A stretch of DNA of 64,000 nucleotides from a virus: positions 1,549 through 65,548 of IMG/VR virus record IMGVR_UViG_3300012928_002096; one strand, 5' to 3'. A program made the translations under genes and the position numbers. How positions within the stretch are numbered: position 1 is the first letter of the stretch; the number at the start of each line of letters is the position of its first letter. Under the pieces are notes generated by a model that searched no databases, was not told the DNA's origin, and saw only the letters and a list, made by a program, of their open reading frames with translations. Below are positions 1 to 10,194 of the stretch, piece after piece.

Positions 1-248
1 CTAATTGGGAAAAAGGAATACCTTCTTGGTATAAGTATGGCAAAAAGAAAACTACATATCAGCAATGGCGTGATGCAGGGTATGGCATTAAACGTTTACA
101 AGGTATGGTAAATTTTATGGAAAGCGAAGACTGGAGTAGACGTCTACCTGAAATGAAAGAATTTTTACATAGGTGTGATGTGCAACGTGGCAACAGTTTT
201 GCCACAGTCTTTCCAGAGATGAAGGACATATTCGATGGCCTTGAATAG
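1..248 (+). CDS. C-terminal end of a radical-SAM-family protein (5' truncated by window edge)
   Basis: Open frame from nt 3 to TAG at 246-248; ends ...FLHRCDVQRGNSFATVFPEMKDIFDGLE, resembling the D-x-x-R-x-x-x-F tails of the downstream rSAM paralogs. Confidence 0.55.
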   Translation, partial: NWEKGIPSWYKYGKKKTTYQQWRDAGYGIKRLQGMVNFMESEDWSRRLPEMKEFLHRCDVQRGNSFATVFPEMKDIFDGLE

Positions 249-1509
249 TCTTCCTTGTTACTATGCACTAGGCGGTTTGAACTTGAAGCAACAGTTTGCT
301 ACAAGTTGTCCACAGCAATCTGATAGATTACAGTGGTTGGCAAAAGGACATTTACCTAGTCAATATTTTAACAATGAAGAATTTAAAAAACACAGATTAG
401 ATTTGCTAAGAGGCAATTGGCCTACTGGTTGTGATATGTGCCAAATAGTCGAAGAACAAAAGTCCGGTATCAGTATGCGACAGGAAACACCACCTGATAC
501 ACGTTGGACTGATTATGGCACAGGTGCCACAAAGTTTGAAGGTTTAAAAACTATTGAAATACGTTTTAGTAATGCTTGTAATATGGCTTGTTTACATTGT
601 AGTGCAGCGTTTAGCAGCGGCTGGATGACAAAATTAAAACGCTATCAACCAGATGAAATTGATCGTGAACACCACTTGGTACAACTTACACAAGATATGC
701 ATAGAAAACACATAGATGAAGCAATGCGTATTGAGCTAGATACAAAAATGGCTCTAGAAGTAGTTGATGACCTTATTGAAAACTTTCCTAATTTAGAAAG
801 AGTTGATTTTGCAGGTGGAGAGGTGTTGTATCAAAAACCATTTCTACCTACACTTGATAGACTTGCAGAACATCCAAATGCAAAAAATATGTTTATAATG
901 TTTCATACAAATTTTAATGCTCCATTTGATCCTGTAGCTCTTAGTCACCGCTTGGATAAATTTGGCAGCAGTGAAGTAAAAATAAGTATTGATTGTAGTC
1001 CAGGAATGTATCAATATTTTAGAGGCGGCGATTGGGACGTATTAGCAAAAAATATTGCAACTTTTAAATCTGTAAGAAGTAGGAAAACAAAAATTTCATT
1101 AATATGCACAACAGGTGTATATCAACTTATGCAGTTTAAAGATATTATACAAGGATTTGTAGAATTAGAATGTGATTATATTAACATTAGTATTATATAC
1201 ACACCTGAATATTTAAATCCTGCTCTTATGATGTTGTATTACAAAGACGAAACTGAAAAAGAAATAAACAGTGCTATTGCATACTTAACTAAATTTACAT
1301 CAAAAGACAGAAGTGACTGTTTTATTGCTTATCAAGGCATAAAAAACATATGGGAATATATACATAACCATCGAGTAGAAGAAAAACATTGGACAGCATT
1401 TAAAGAATATATTAAAAAAACTGATGTTATATGGAAACAAGAATTTAACGACCACTTTACAAATTATCAATTTGATAAAAATACAAATAGGATATTAAGA
1501 AATGTTTGA
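235..1509 (+). CDS. Radical SAM protein with N-terminal twitch/SPASM-like Cys cluster
   Basis: CNMACLHC (CxxxCxxC), FAGGE motif, N-terminal PCYY...SCP...GCDMC. Confidence 0.9.
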   Translation: MALNSLPCYYALGGLNLKQQFATSCPQQSDRLQWLAKGHLPSQYFNNEEFKKHRLDLLRGNWPTGCDMCQIVEEQKSGISMRQETPPDTRWTDYGTGATKFEGLKTIEIRFSNACNMACLHCSAAFSSGWMTKLKRYQPDEIDREHHLVQLTQDMHRKHIDEAMRIELDTKMALEVVDDLIENFPNLERVDFAGGEVLYQKPFLPTLDRLAEHPNAKNMFIMFHTNFNAPFDPVALSHRLDKFGSSEVKISIDCSPGMYQYFRGGDWDVLAKNIATFKSVRSRKTKISLICTTGVYQLMQFKDIIQGFVELECDYINISIIYTPEYLNPALMMLYYKDETEKEINSAIAYLTKFTSKDRSDCFIAYQGIKNIWEYIHNHRVEEKHWTAFKEYIKKTDVIWKQEFNDHFTNYQFDKNTNRILRNV

Positions 1510-2326
1510 AACAAGTAATAAATTTTATGAAAAACTAGGAGATGAATTTATTATCACTAAAATAAACCATTTAGATATTGCGTTTAGTAAAAAATGGAAA
1601 CGTATAGGTGTAAATTTAAGTGGAGGTGCTGATAGTGCATTACTTTGCTTTGTATTAGGTAAGATAATTGTTGATAATAATTTAGATTGTAAAATAGATG
1701 TAATCACATATCAGCGTTGTTGGGAAACTAGACCTTGGCAAGGATGGTGGAGTATACAAGTTTTCAATAAATTACAAAGTTTATATCCTAATATTATAGA
1801 AAATAGACATACAACATTCATACCACCTGCATTAGAACACGGTGTAAGTGGTCCTATTATAGATGGTAGGAGCGGTGACCAAATTATTGTAGGCGAATTT
1901 AATAAATTTGCAAGTTGGGAGTATAATTTAGATGCTGTATTCAATGCTACAAGTAAGAATCCAGACGACTCACGTGAAGATCGTATGAAAAATAGAGATG
2001 GTGACGCAGAAAATGCAAAAAGTTGGGATTTAATTTGGTTCAGTCCTAAATTAAAAACACATTTTTGTCATCCGTTTAGGTTTGTCAAGAAGGATTGGAT
2101 TGTAGCTCAATATCATCTTTACAATATACTTGATTTATATTATACTACACGTAGTTGTGAAGGAGATATCAACCATAATCCCGCAGTATCTGATGTTGTA
2201 AAAGATTTTACTAAGTACACATTAGGTATGGAAGTTCCTGTGTGTAATGAATGCTGGTGGTGTGATGAAAGACAGTGGGCTGAACAAAGAGTGCCTGAAA
2301 TGATAAAGGAAATTGATGAGTTTTGA
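1502..2326 (+). CDS. QueC-like PP-loop ATP pyrophosphatase
   Basis: GVNLSGGADSALL PP-loop; C-terminal TRSCE...CNECWWCDER Zn-binding motif. Confidence 0.75.
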   Translation: MFETSNKFYEKLGDEFIITKINHLDIAFSKKWKRIGVNLSGGADSALLCFVLGKIIVDNNLDCKIDVITYQRCWETRPWQGWWSIQVFNKLQSLYPNIIENRHTTFIPPALEHGVSGPIIDGRSGDQIIVGEFNKFASWEYNLDAVFNATSKNPDDSREDRMKNRDGDAENAKSWDLIWFSPKLKTHFCHPFRFVKKDWIVAQYHLYNILDLYYTTRSCEGDINHNPAVSDVVKDFTKYTLGMEVPVCNECWWCDERQWAEQRVPEMIKEIDEF

Positions 2327-3494
2327 TACTATAGATCTGCTTACTGGGCACGTTTTCCAAGTTACTTGGGATACCGGACGTAGGTGTAACTACGACTGTA
2401 GCTATTGTCCTGTGCATAGGCACGATAATTTTTCACGACACGCAACTATTGACGAACTCAAAGACAATGTTGACTTTTTGTATGAATATATTGATTTACA
2501 CCTAGGGTATAGAAAGAGTAAGATTGCAAATATTGGATTTACAGGCGGAGAACCAACAGTCAATCCAAACTTTATACCATTTGCAAAATATTTAAGATCT
2601 GAGTATGATACCAAATATAGGGATAAATGGGAATGTGGTTTTGCATTGACATCAAATGGTGCAATGGGTGAAAAAATGGGTCAAGCAGTAATGGAAAATT
2701 TTGATCACGCTACTGTAAGTTATCATAGTGAAAGCGATCAAAAACTAAAAGATCAAGTTAGGAACAGAATATTACAATTTCATTACAAAGGACAAGAACA
2801 TAATTTCACTGTAAGTGTAAATGTTATGTTTCACGCTGAATATTTTGACGAGTGCAAAGACTTGTGTGCTTTCTTAGAACAACATCAAGTTGACTATGTA
2901 CCAAGAGTTATAGGAGAAGAGCCTGATAGTCGTCCTAGTTTTGCACACAAATATAATGACGAACAACTTGCGTGGTTCAAAGATTATTGGCGTGTAAAAA
3001 ATGAAAAGAAAAACGATGAAAAAGAAATTAGTAAAGTATTAAGTGCAGCAGGCGAAAAGAAAAACGAAAAGAAAAAACTTGGAAACAGTATAGGACGTCC
3101 TTGTTGCGGAAGTAGAGATATGTTACTACACGCTGGTGCAAAAAGTAAAAAAAGTAATTTTGTAGATTTCAGACAATTCAAAGGTTGGAGTTGTAGTGTA
3201 AATTGGTTTTTCTTACATCTTGAACAGCAAACAGATAGTGTATTTCATCATCAAACTTGCCAAGCAAAATTCGAACACGGTAAACGTGGACGCATTGGCA
3301 AACTTAGTGAAGGTAAGCAAATTATTGCTGACCTAAGACAAAAAATGGAAACTAACACTATGCCTACTATTATATGTCCAAAAATGACTTGCGGTTGCGG
3401 ATTGTGTGCGCCAAAAAGTATGCATCAAGATAGGTATTTAGAAGTTTTAGGAAATCACTTAGATACAGGAGTATTAAATGTTAATCACGGGTAA
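2313..3494 (+). CDS. Radical SAM protein with C-terminal SPASM-like domain
   Basis: CNYDCSYC, FTGGEPT, C-terminal FKGWSC...QTC...CPKMTCGCGLC. Confidence 0.9.
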   Translation: MMSFDTIDLLTGHVFQVTWDTGRRCNYDCSYCPVHRHDNFSRHATIDELKDNVDFLYEYIDLHLGYRKSKIANIGFTGGEPTVNPNFIPFAKYLRSEYDTKYRDKWECGFALTSNGAMGEKMGQAVMENFDHATVSYHSESDQKLKDQVRNRILQFHYKGQEHNFTVSVNVMFHAEYFDECKDLCAFLEQHQVDYVPRVIGEEPDSRPSFAHKYNDEQLAWFKDYWRVKNEKKNDEKEISKVLSAAGEKKNEKKKLGNSIGRPCCGSRDMLLHAGAKSKKSNFVDFRQFKGWSCSVNWFFLHLEQQTDSVFHHQTCQAKFEHGKRGRIGKLSEGKQIIADLRQKMETNTMPTIICPKMTCGCGLCAPKSMHQDRYLEVLGNHLDTGVLNVNHG

Positions 3495-4032
3495 TAAAGA
3501 TTCTGGTATAGCACAGGCGTTACACAAACTTTATCCTGATGCAGAATTTTGTAGTCAAAGTACAGGATATGATTTAGCACGTAAATTAGATCAAGAAAGA
3601 CTTGCAGAACGTGTATGCGAACACGATGTGTTTATTAATTGTAGTGCATTGTTTAAATTTCATCAGACTACACTTTTAAATATTGTATATCATAAATGTA
3701 TGTTAGAAAAACATTGGTGTCATATTGTTAATGTTGGCAGCACTACCGATCGTGTTAAAAAAGGCGGTAGTTGGTTGTACAATGCAGAAAAGAAAGCATT
3801 GAGAGATTATTCTAATACACTAGGATTAAATGGTGTTTGGCATAGTGGACCAAAAATAAGTTACATTAGTTTTGGAACATTAAGTAATAATCAGCATAAA
3901 CATCCTAACAGAACTGTTATAGATATAGACACCGCTACAAGTTACATAAAATGGGTAATAGATCAACCTAAAGAACTTTGTATAAATGAAATTAGTATTG
4001 ATCCTATGCAGCCCGAACACTGGAGAGGCTAA
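3478..4032 (+). CDS. Short-chain dehydrogenase/reductase (compact SDR)
   Basis: LITGNKDSGIA Rossmann start, FINCS, VNVGS, YxxxK (YNAEK). Confidence 0.75.
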   Translation: MLITGNKDSGIAQALHKLYPDAEFCSQSTGYDLARKLDQERLAERVCEHDVFINCSALFKFHQTTLLNIVYHKCMLEKHWCHIVNVGSTTDRVKKGGSWLYNAEKKALRDYSNTLGLNGVWHSGPKISYISFGTLSNNQHKHPNRTVIDIDTATSYIKWVIDQPKELCINEISIDPMQPEHWRG

Positions 4033-5237
4033 TGTCTTCCTTGCCGAAGTATGGGTGTTTACTACCTATGCATCATATGGCTATTCGTCCAGATGGACAA
4101 GTTATACCGTGTTGTTATTTTAGACACGAATATGTTCCTAAAGGTTTAAATCTATCTTTGGACAATCCTTTCGAACATCCTTTTATGAAACAAAACAGAC
4201 AAAGTGTTTTACTTGATGAAATGATTCCAGGGTGTAGTAAATGTTACGAAGATGAAAAAACATCTGGACAAAGTATGCGTACAGAAATTTTTAATTCTCC
4301 GTATAATTTTCTAAACTTACCAACAGATGATAGTAGAGGAAAAATACCAAAACTTACAAACATAGATATTACATTTAGTAATGTTTGTAATAATAAATGT
4401 AGGATGTGTGGACCAGAATTAAGTACACAATGGTATAGTGACGCAAAGAAAATGAATTATCCGTTTGAAAAGCGTGGAATTATTGCTGAAAACAAATGGA
4501 TAGAAAATGCAGATGTAAGCGACTTGACTTTTATTAAGTTTTTAGGCGGCGAGCCTTTGATGGAACAAGAAAAAATGATTAAACTATTGCAAAAATGTAA
4601 TAGAGAAAAATTAGTTGTACATATTACTACAAACGGTACTTTGTTACCAAATGAAACATTACATCAACTGCTGCAAGATTGTGAAAAAGTATATATGACT
4701 GTAAGCATTGACCAGTTTGGCGAATTCAATGACTTACTGCGGAAAGGCAGTCATTGGGATACTACGTTGAACAATATGTTTGCTATGAAAGAAGATTACG
4801 GAAGACATCATACAACAGTGCATAGTGTTACATCTATATACAATGTAAACTTGTGTAATCAACTTATAGATTTTTGTATTGCAGAAAAATTTAATCAAAA
4901 AAATTGTATTGTTGATGGACCTAATTGGATGATGCCAAGAAATTTACCTGAAGCAGTAAAACAAAAATGTATTGATATAGTAAAAAAGCATTTAGTCAGT
5001 GCAACCAATACAAAAATTAGACAATTTGGTGATGCAAAATTTCATTACGATTTATTGATAAAAGAATTAGAACAAGAAGGCGACTTTGGAATGTTTTTAC
5101 GCAACGACACACGTATAAACATAATACGTAATGAACATTGGAAAGACTTTAATCCTTGGTTGTTCAATGAAATTCAGCCATACTTTGAAGATACACAACT
5201 AGAACCTGGACAACTAGATTACTTACGTAACCTCTGA
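4032..5237 (+). CDS. Radical SAM protein with N-terminal twitch/SPASM domain
   Basis: CLLP...RPDGQVIPCC...GCSKC; CNNKCRMC; FLGGEP; ITTNGT. Confidence 0.9.
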   Translation: MSSLPKYGCLLPMHHMAIRPDGQVIPCCYFRHEYVPKGLNLSLDNPFEHPFMKQNRQSVLLDEMIPGCSKCYEDEKTSGQSMRTEIFNSPYNFLNLPTDDSRGKIPKLTNIDITFSNVCNNKCRMCGPELSTQWYSDAKKMNYPFEKRGIIAENKWIENADVSDLTFIKFLGGEPLMEQEKMIKLLQKCNREKLVVHITTNGTLLPNETLHQLLQDCEKVYMTVSIDQFGEFNDLLRKGSHWDTTLNNMFAMKEDYGRHHTTVHSVTSIYNVNLCNQLIDFCIAEKFNQKNCIVDGPNWMMPRNLPEAVKQKCIDIVKKHLVSATNTKIRQFGDAKFHYDLLIKELEQEGDFGMFLRNDTRINIIRNEHWKDFNPWLFNEIQPYFEDTQLEPGQLDYLRNL

Positions 5238-5264
5238 TAAATATATAAAACTATTGAGGATAAA

Positions 5265-5759
5265 ATGTTCCACACAAAAAACATAAACTACAAAATGTTG
5301 AGTAAAGATTCTTTGGATGCTGTAAGAAAATTTGTCACAACAGAAAAACATCTTTTTGATATGGGAATCTCGTATTTGCCACACAAACCTAAGAATCAAA
5401 GTCATAGATGGAAACCTTATACAAATTTACTTAGACCTATTACAAATTATCTCAAAGAAAAAGATTTAAACATTACCATAATAGGGTCAAATAGAATTGA
5501 AGGAAATACAAAAAGAAATTCATTTAAAGTACCAAATAAAGTTAACGGCTCTAATACAACTATTTTCATACCGTTGTTTGATTATTCAAGAGAACAAAAA
5601 ATATTACATTTTGCCAACACTAATTGTGCATTAAATTCTACATTAGTGTTTGATAATTCTTTATATAGACGCTGGGTTAATGAATCTAACATAAAGTTTT
5701 GTTTTTTAGTCTATGGGGTGAGCGAGTCTATTAGTATAGTTACTGAAAGGTTGTCATAA
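5265..5759 (+). CDS. Hypothetical protein (possible degenerate double-stranded beta-helix fold)
   Basis: 164-aa ORF in the operon, GAGG RBS; TIFIPL and FCFLV strands only loosely resemble neighbouring oxygenases. Confidence 0.45.
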   Translation: MFHTKNINYKMLSKDSLDAVRKFVTTEKHLFDMGISYLPHKPKNQSHRWKPYTNLLRPITNYLKEKDLNITIIGSNRIEGNTKRNSFKVPNKVNGSNTTIFIPLFDYSREQKILHFANTNCALNSTLVFDNSLYRRWVNESNIKFCFLVYGVSESISIVTERLS

Positions 5760-5760
5760 T

Positions 5761-6357
5761 TTGCAAATCGTATATGGAGAACCGAGGACAGGTTCTCATT
5801 TTGTAGCAAGGCATATTGCTAATAAAAATAATATGTTATTTTTGGGAGAATATTTTAAAACTCCAATACCTAATGCACAAGTAAATATTGAAGATAAAAT
5901 AAAATCTATTCCGGAAAACTCTGTAATAATAATTCATCCAGATTTGTCATATGGCTATTACACAGATACTTTTTACGATTGGTTATTTTCTAATCCATTA
6001 ATAGTTACAGAAACAAATGATCGCTGGCGACAAGTTATAAGCTGGGGTATAGCAGCTAAAACAACAAATTATCATAGTTTTAATATTTCAAAGCAACTCG
6101 ATCAATATATAATTTATAAAAGAGAATTTTTTGATATGTTAAAATATTCTATACAAAAGTTTGAAAGTACTAAACATCTTATTAATTACAAAGAAAGATA
6201 CACTTTACAAGACCTTGATAAAATATCTTTTGTAAATGGAAAATATAATCCTACCAAAAAAACCTACAAGCAAAATACTCAACAATTAAGTTTAATGTAT
6301 GAAAATATTGAAGAAGTAAAAGAATGGTATCAGGAAATAAGAATTAATAAAAATTGA
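5761..6357 (+). CDS. Sulfotransferase-like P-loop protein
   Basis: N-terminal IVYGEPRTGSHF resembles the 5'-PSB PAPS-binding motif; downstream R-x-Q-x-x-S-W; TTG start. Confidence 0.55.
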   Translation: MQIVYGEPRTGSHFVARHIANKNNMLFLGEYFKTPIPNAQVNIEDKIKSIPENSVIIIHPDLSYGYYTDTFYDWLFSNPLIVTETNDRWRQVISWGIAAKTTNYHSFNISKQLDQYIIYKREFFDMLKYSIQKFESTKHLINYKERYTLQDLDKISFVNGKYNPTKKTYKQNTQQLSLMYENIEEVKEWYQEIRINKN

Positions 6358-6386
6358 ATAAATACATTTGTATACAGGAGACTACA

Positions 6387-7037
6387 ATGGATCATAAACA
6401 AATTGAAAAAGCAGTCATTAGAAGCCAGCACTGTCAGCGTAATTGGGATTTGTCAAAGCAAATACCTGAAGAAGATTTAGATCTAATTCAACACGCTATA
6501 ACGCAATGTCCTAGCAAACAAAATGTTGCATTTTACAAAGCACATATGATTACCGATAGAAACTTAATAGAAGCAATCCACAGTAAAACAGAAGGTTTCA
6601 CAACCAACTTTGTTACAATGGAAGGCGAAACAAACAGCCAAACTTTAGCTAATTTGTTAATTGTTTTTGAGGCATATAACGGACATCTAAATAGAGATAA
6701 AAAAGTATTTAGAAATGACGAAATATTGAAGATGGATTTAGGAAAAGAACTTTCCGAAGCAGAGCAAGAAACATTTAAAAGAGATCAGCAAATGGCTGTG
6801 GGTATCGCAGCAGGATATGCAAATGTTACTAGTGCTATGATGGGCTATGGTACTGGTTGTTGTGCTTGCTTCGATGGTGATGCTATTGCAGAACTTTTAA
6901 ATTTAGATGGTCCTGTTTTGCTAATGATGGGAATAGGTTACAAAGATGCTACTCGTAATAGAAGAGAACATCACGAAACTGGTTTTATGTTTCCAACAAA
7001 GCCAAAACAGAAGATCAAAGTTAAAAAGCATTACTAA
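6387..7037 (+). CDS. Nitroreductase-family flavoprotein
   Basis: IRSQHCQRNWD, CPSKQN, AAMMGYGTGCC, LMMGIGY; AGGAG RBS at 6376. Confidence 0.8.
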   Translation: MDHKQIEKAVIRSQHCQRNWDLSKQIPEEDLDLIQHAITQCPSKQNVAFYKAHMITDRNLIEAIHSKTEGFTTNFVTMEGETNSQTLANLLIVFEAYNGHLNRDKKVFRNDEILKMDLGKELSEAEQETFKRDQQMAVGIAAGYANVTSAMMGYGTGCCACFDGDAIAELLNLDGPVLLMMGIGYKDATRNRREHHETGFMFPTKPKQKIKVKKHY

Positions 7038-7056
7038 TATTTCTATTAAATAATAG

Positions 7057-8385
7057 ATGAAAGACACCTTCTGTCCAATTCCTTGGAACTTCCAGGCTGT
7101 TCGAAACAATGGAGATATACGAATTTGCTGTCAAGCAAACGTAACACAAAACCAAGGAGTTATTCGACACACTGACGGCACACCCTACAACGCACAACGT
7201 GATTCTTTAGAGGATGCACGTAATGCAGACCTTATGAAAGCTGTAAGGAAAAATATGCTTGAAGGTATTTGGAGTCAAGAGTGCGGCAGATGTCAACAAG
7301 AAGAAGAAGCAGGGCTTAACAGCAGACGCCAATACGAACAGCAAAATTGGCCTACATTTACTATTGACAAAGCAAGAGATGTAACAGACGAAGACGGCAA
7401 TGTAAATGATATTCCTGTAACATATTATGATTTGCGTTTTGGAAATTTATGTAATCTTGCGTGTAGAATGTGTGGTCCAACAGATAGTCACACTTGGTTT
7501 GAACAATGGGTAGATTATCATAAAACAAATGATTACATTGATACACACGGTACTGTAACATTACAACGTAATGCAAAAGGTAGGTTATTTACAAATGATT
7601 ATGATTGGCACGGCAGCAATGTTTTTTGGGATAGCATAGAACAAAATATTCCAAACATAAGACACGTTTATATGGCAGGCGGTGAGCCAATGATGATAGA
7701 AAGGCACTATGAATTTTTGCAAAAATGTATTGATAGTGGCTATGCTAAAAAAATTATTATAGAATACAATACAAATATGACAGCATTACCTCCTCGTGTA
7801 TTAGCAATGTGGAAACATTTTAGGCAAGTTAGAGTAGGTGCAAGTATTGACGGTTTTGGTGATATGGTTGAATACCAACGTTGGCCTTTGAAATGGAAGA
7901 GTGCTTACAAAAATTTACAAAAACTAGATGACATATGTGTTGAAAATAAAAATATATTTGCTTGGCTTGCTTGTACTGTTACTGCATACAACGTTTTTCA
8001 TATACCAGAATTTATGTGGTGGAAGTTAAAAGAAAGTGGTTTCAAAAAAATAAACAGTTCAAAAAAACGACCAATTATTACACACCACGTTGCACACGGA
8101 CCAAAAAGAACTAATATAAAATTGCTAAGTACAGAACTAAAGGAGGAACTGTTTCATCATTATAAATTATGGGAAGAAAAATTTATACAAGACAATGAAA
8201 TAGATCCACATACAAAGGATAACGCAGTAAATATTTTGGACAGTATACTAAAATTTGCCAACAAAGAAGATTATGCACAAGACTACTTACAAGAATTTGT
8301 AAATTTTACTAATTACCTTGATAAAACAAGAAATCAAAGCATACTAGATGTAGCACCACAATACTCAAAAATATTTGACAAATAA
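7057..8385 (+). CDS. Radical SAM protein with N-terminal twitch/SPASM domain
   Basis: FCPIPW...GDIRICC...ECGRC; CNLACRMC; MAGGEP; YNTN. Confidence 0.92.
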   Translation: MKDTFCPIPWNFQAVRNNGDIRICCQANVTQNQGVIRHTDGTPYNAQRDSLEDARNADLMKAVRKNMLEGIWSQECGRCQQEEEAGLNSRRQYEQQNWPTFTIDKARDVTDEDGNVNDIPVTYYDLRFGNLCNLACRMCGPTDSHTWFEQWVDYHKTNDYIDTHGTVTLQRNAKGRLFTNDYDWHGSNVFWDSIEQNIPNIRHVYMAGGEPMMIERHYEFLQKCIDSGYAKKIIIEYNTNMTALPPRVLAMWKHFRQVRVGASIDGFGDMVEYQRWPLKWKSAYKNLQKLDDICVENKNIFAWLACTVTAYNVFHIPEFMWWKLKESGFKKINSSKKRPIITHHVAHGPKRTNIKLLSTELKEELFHHYKLWEEKFIQDNEIDPHTKDNAVNILDSILKFANKEDYAQDYLQEFVNFTNYLDKTRNQSILDVAPQYSKIFDK

Positions 8386-8393
8386 ATTAAGGA

Positions 8394-9530
8394 GTGTTAT
8401 ACTATAATATGACTGAAGACTTGAAATGGAGCAACTATGACTTCACGAAAATACCCTTTGATGATATTGTTAGCGTTGGTCAGCGTACTTTATTGTACCG
8501 TGACATATTCACAGTATCTTGGCTCCTCGGAAGATTCTGCAACTACCGATGCAGTTATTGTTGGCCTTATGCCCGTAGTGACCGTAAAGACCATCGTCCT
8601 ACCGAGCTATGCTTACGAACAATCGATGAAATAAAAAGGCAAGCACGTGAGAACGGATTTAATAGTTATCATTTTAGTCTTAGCGGTGGGGAGCCTACTT
8701 TCCATCCTGGCTACTTGGATATTTTACAGCATTTGGCTAATGATGTAGAAAACACAAATTATACTAGTATTCATATGACAAGTAATTGCAGTAGACCTAT
8801 AAAGTGGTTTGAAACATATGTAGAATATGCAAAACCTTTTCATAGAGCAAGTATTACAGCCAGTTTACATACAGAACACTTAAATACAAAGGAGAAGATG
8901 CAGGACTTTGCAGATAAATTAATCCTGTGTCAAGAACACGATGTACAGATTACCATTAATATGGTCATGGTACCTGATTGGTTCGAAAGAGACTGGGAAA
9001 ACGCACTGTTCTTCCACGAACAAGGAATCAACGTCACACTCAAGCCGCAATCCGATCCAACGGCTAGTAAAGTGGTTGAAGGGTACAAAGAAGAAGACCT
9101 AAAACGTTTATGGAACGGAATGCCTCAAAGAGCGTACACTGAAAGTAAAAGGCAGTGGAAAGGTAGACCTAAACCTAAATTTGAAGTTCCTAAAGATATG
9201 ATGTATATGCCAGATGCAAGTGTGCCTTGGCATATGCAAGTGGAATTTAGAGATAAAGCAGGAACAGCTTGGTATATGGATCAAGCAGAAAGATTCAACG
9301 CTTTTAATTTTAACAAATTTAAAGGATGGAAATGCAATGCAGGATATCAAGGAATTATTATTAGAGAGCCTGATGGAAGTATCAAACGTAGTTATTCTTG
9401 TCACGATGTTCCACTTGGCAACATAGAAACAGGATTTAAGTTATTTGATCATCCTATGCCTTGTATCACTGAAAGTTGTGTTAGTAGTGCAGATAGTAAA
9501 ATACCAAAAAGGAAAGAAAATGCATTATAA
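8394..9530 (+). CDS. Radical SAM protein with C-terminal SPASM-like domain
   Basis: CNYRCSYC, LSGGEPT, FKGWKCNAG...SYSC...PCITESC; paralog of 2313-3494. Confidence 0.9.
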   Translation: MLYYNMTEDLKWSNYDFTKIPFDDIVSVGQRTLLYRDIFTVSWLLGRFCNYRCSYCWPYARSDRKDHRPTELCLRTIDEIKRQARENGFNSYHFSLSGGEPTFHPGYLDILQHLANDVENTNYTSIHMTSNCSRPIKWFETYVEYAKPFHRASITASLHTEHLNTKEKMQDFADKLILCQEHDVQITINMVMVPDWFERDWENALFFHEQGINVTLKPQSDPTASKVVEGYKEEDLKRLWNGMPQRAYTESKRQWKGRPKPKFEVPKDMMYMPDASVPWHMQVEFRDKAGTAWYMDQAERFNAFNFNKFKGWKCNAGYQGIIIREPDGSIKRSYSCHDVPLGNIETGFKLFDHPMPCITESCVSSADSKIPKRKENAL

Positions 9531-10194
9531 GATTGTAGAAAATGCTTTTGATCAAAATATTATAGATACTATAATTGAATATTATGATAATAGATTTGCT
9601 GAAACACATTTAACAAATGGTATGTACAAAATTGAAGATCCGTGGAACCTAGATATTGTACAAGAGAATATAAAACCTGTTTTATCAAATTACTTTGACA
9701 CTAATTTAGAAAATATAGGAGATAATATATACAAACACAACGATCCATATTTTCCACATTGTGATACAAGTGTTGGTTATCCTTGTTTTAATGTTCTTAT
9801 TCCGTTAAAAGTACACAATGATTTAGAACAAAAGTTTTGCATATTTGATCAGTATATAAATGATTTTAGCAGTGGTGCAACTTGGATGGGCAAATGGTAT
9901 GCTGCTGCACCAGAGTTTGAACATAATAAAAAACGTAGGTTTCCTTTCAAAGACAGCATAGTAGAAAATAAAACAAATCTTGAAATAGATGAAGAAATGT
10001 TTACAAGTTGTTTAGAAGCACGTGGCAGAGATAGATTATTGTTTAAAAATTTATCTGGTATTGCTGTTGATTTTACACCTGGTAGTTTAATTATTTTTGA
10101 TAGCAAACATATTCATTGCACTGGTAGAATGGATTGTGATTGGAAAATGGGATTGAGTTTACGATTTGCAGGTGTATTTGGAGAAGAAGTGTAA
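9520..10194 (+). CDS. 2OG-Fe(II) oxygenase-like protein
   Basis: PHCD (HxD), VLIPL, GSLIIFDSKHIHC (distal His), SLRF; start moved to ATG 9520. Confidence 0.7.
   Translation: MHYKIVENAFDQNIIDTIIEYYDNRFAETHLTNGMYKIEDPWNLDIVQENIKPVLSNYFDTNLENIGDNIYKHNDPYFPHCDTSVGYPCFNVLIPLKVHNDLEQKFCIFDQYINDFSSGATWMGKWYAAAPEFEHNKKRRFPFKDSIVENKTNLEIDEEMFTSCLEARGRDRLLFKNLSGIAVDFTPGSLIIFDSKHIHCTGRMDCDWKMGLSLRFAGVFGEEV

Noticed and set aside
1502-2326. Naming this gene queC to complete a canonical preQ0 pathway
   Set aside because: Motif deviations and its location about 29 kb from folE/queE inside another enzyme island; kept as QueC-like only
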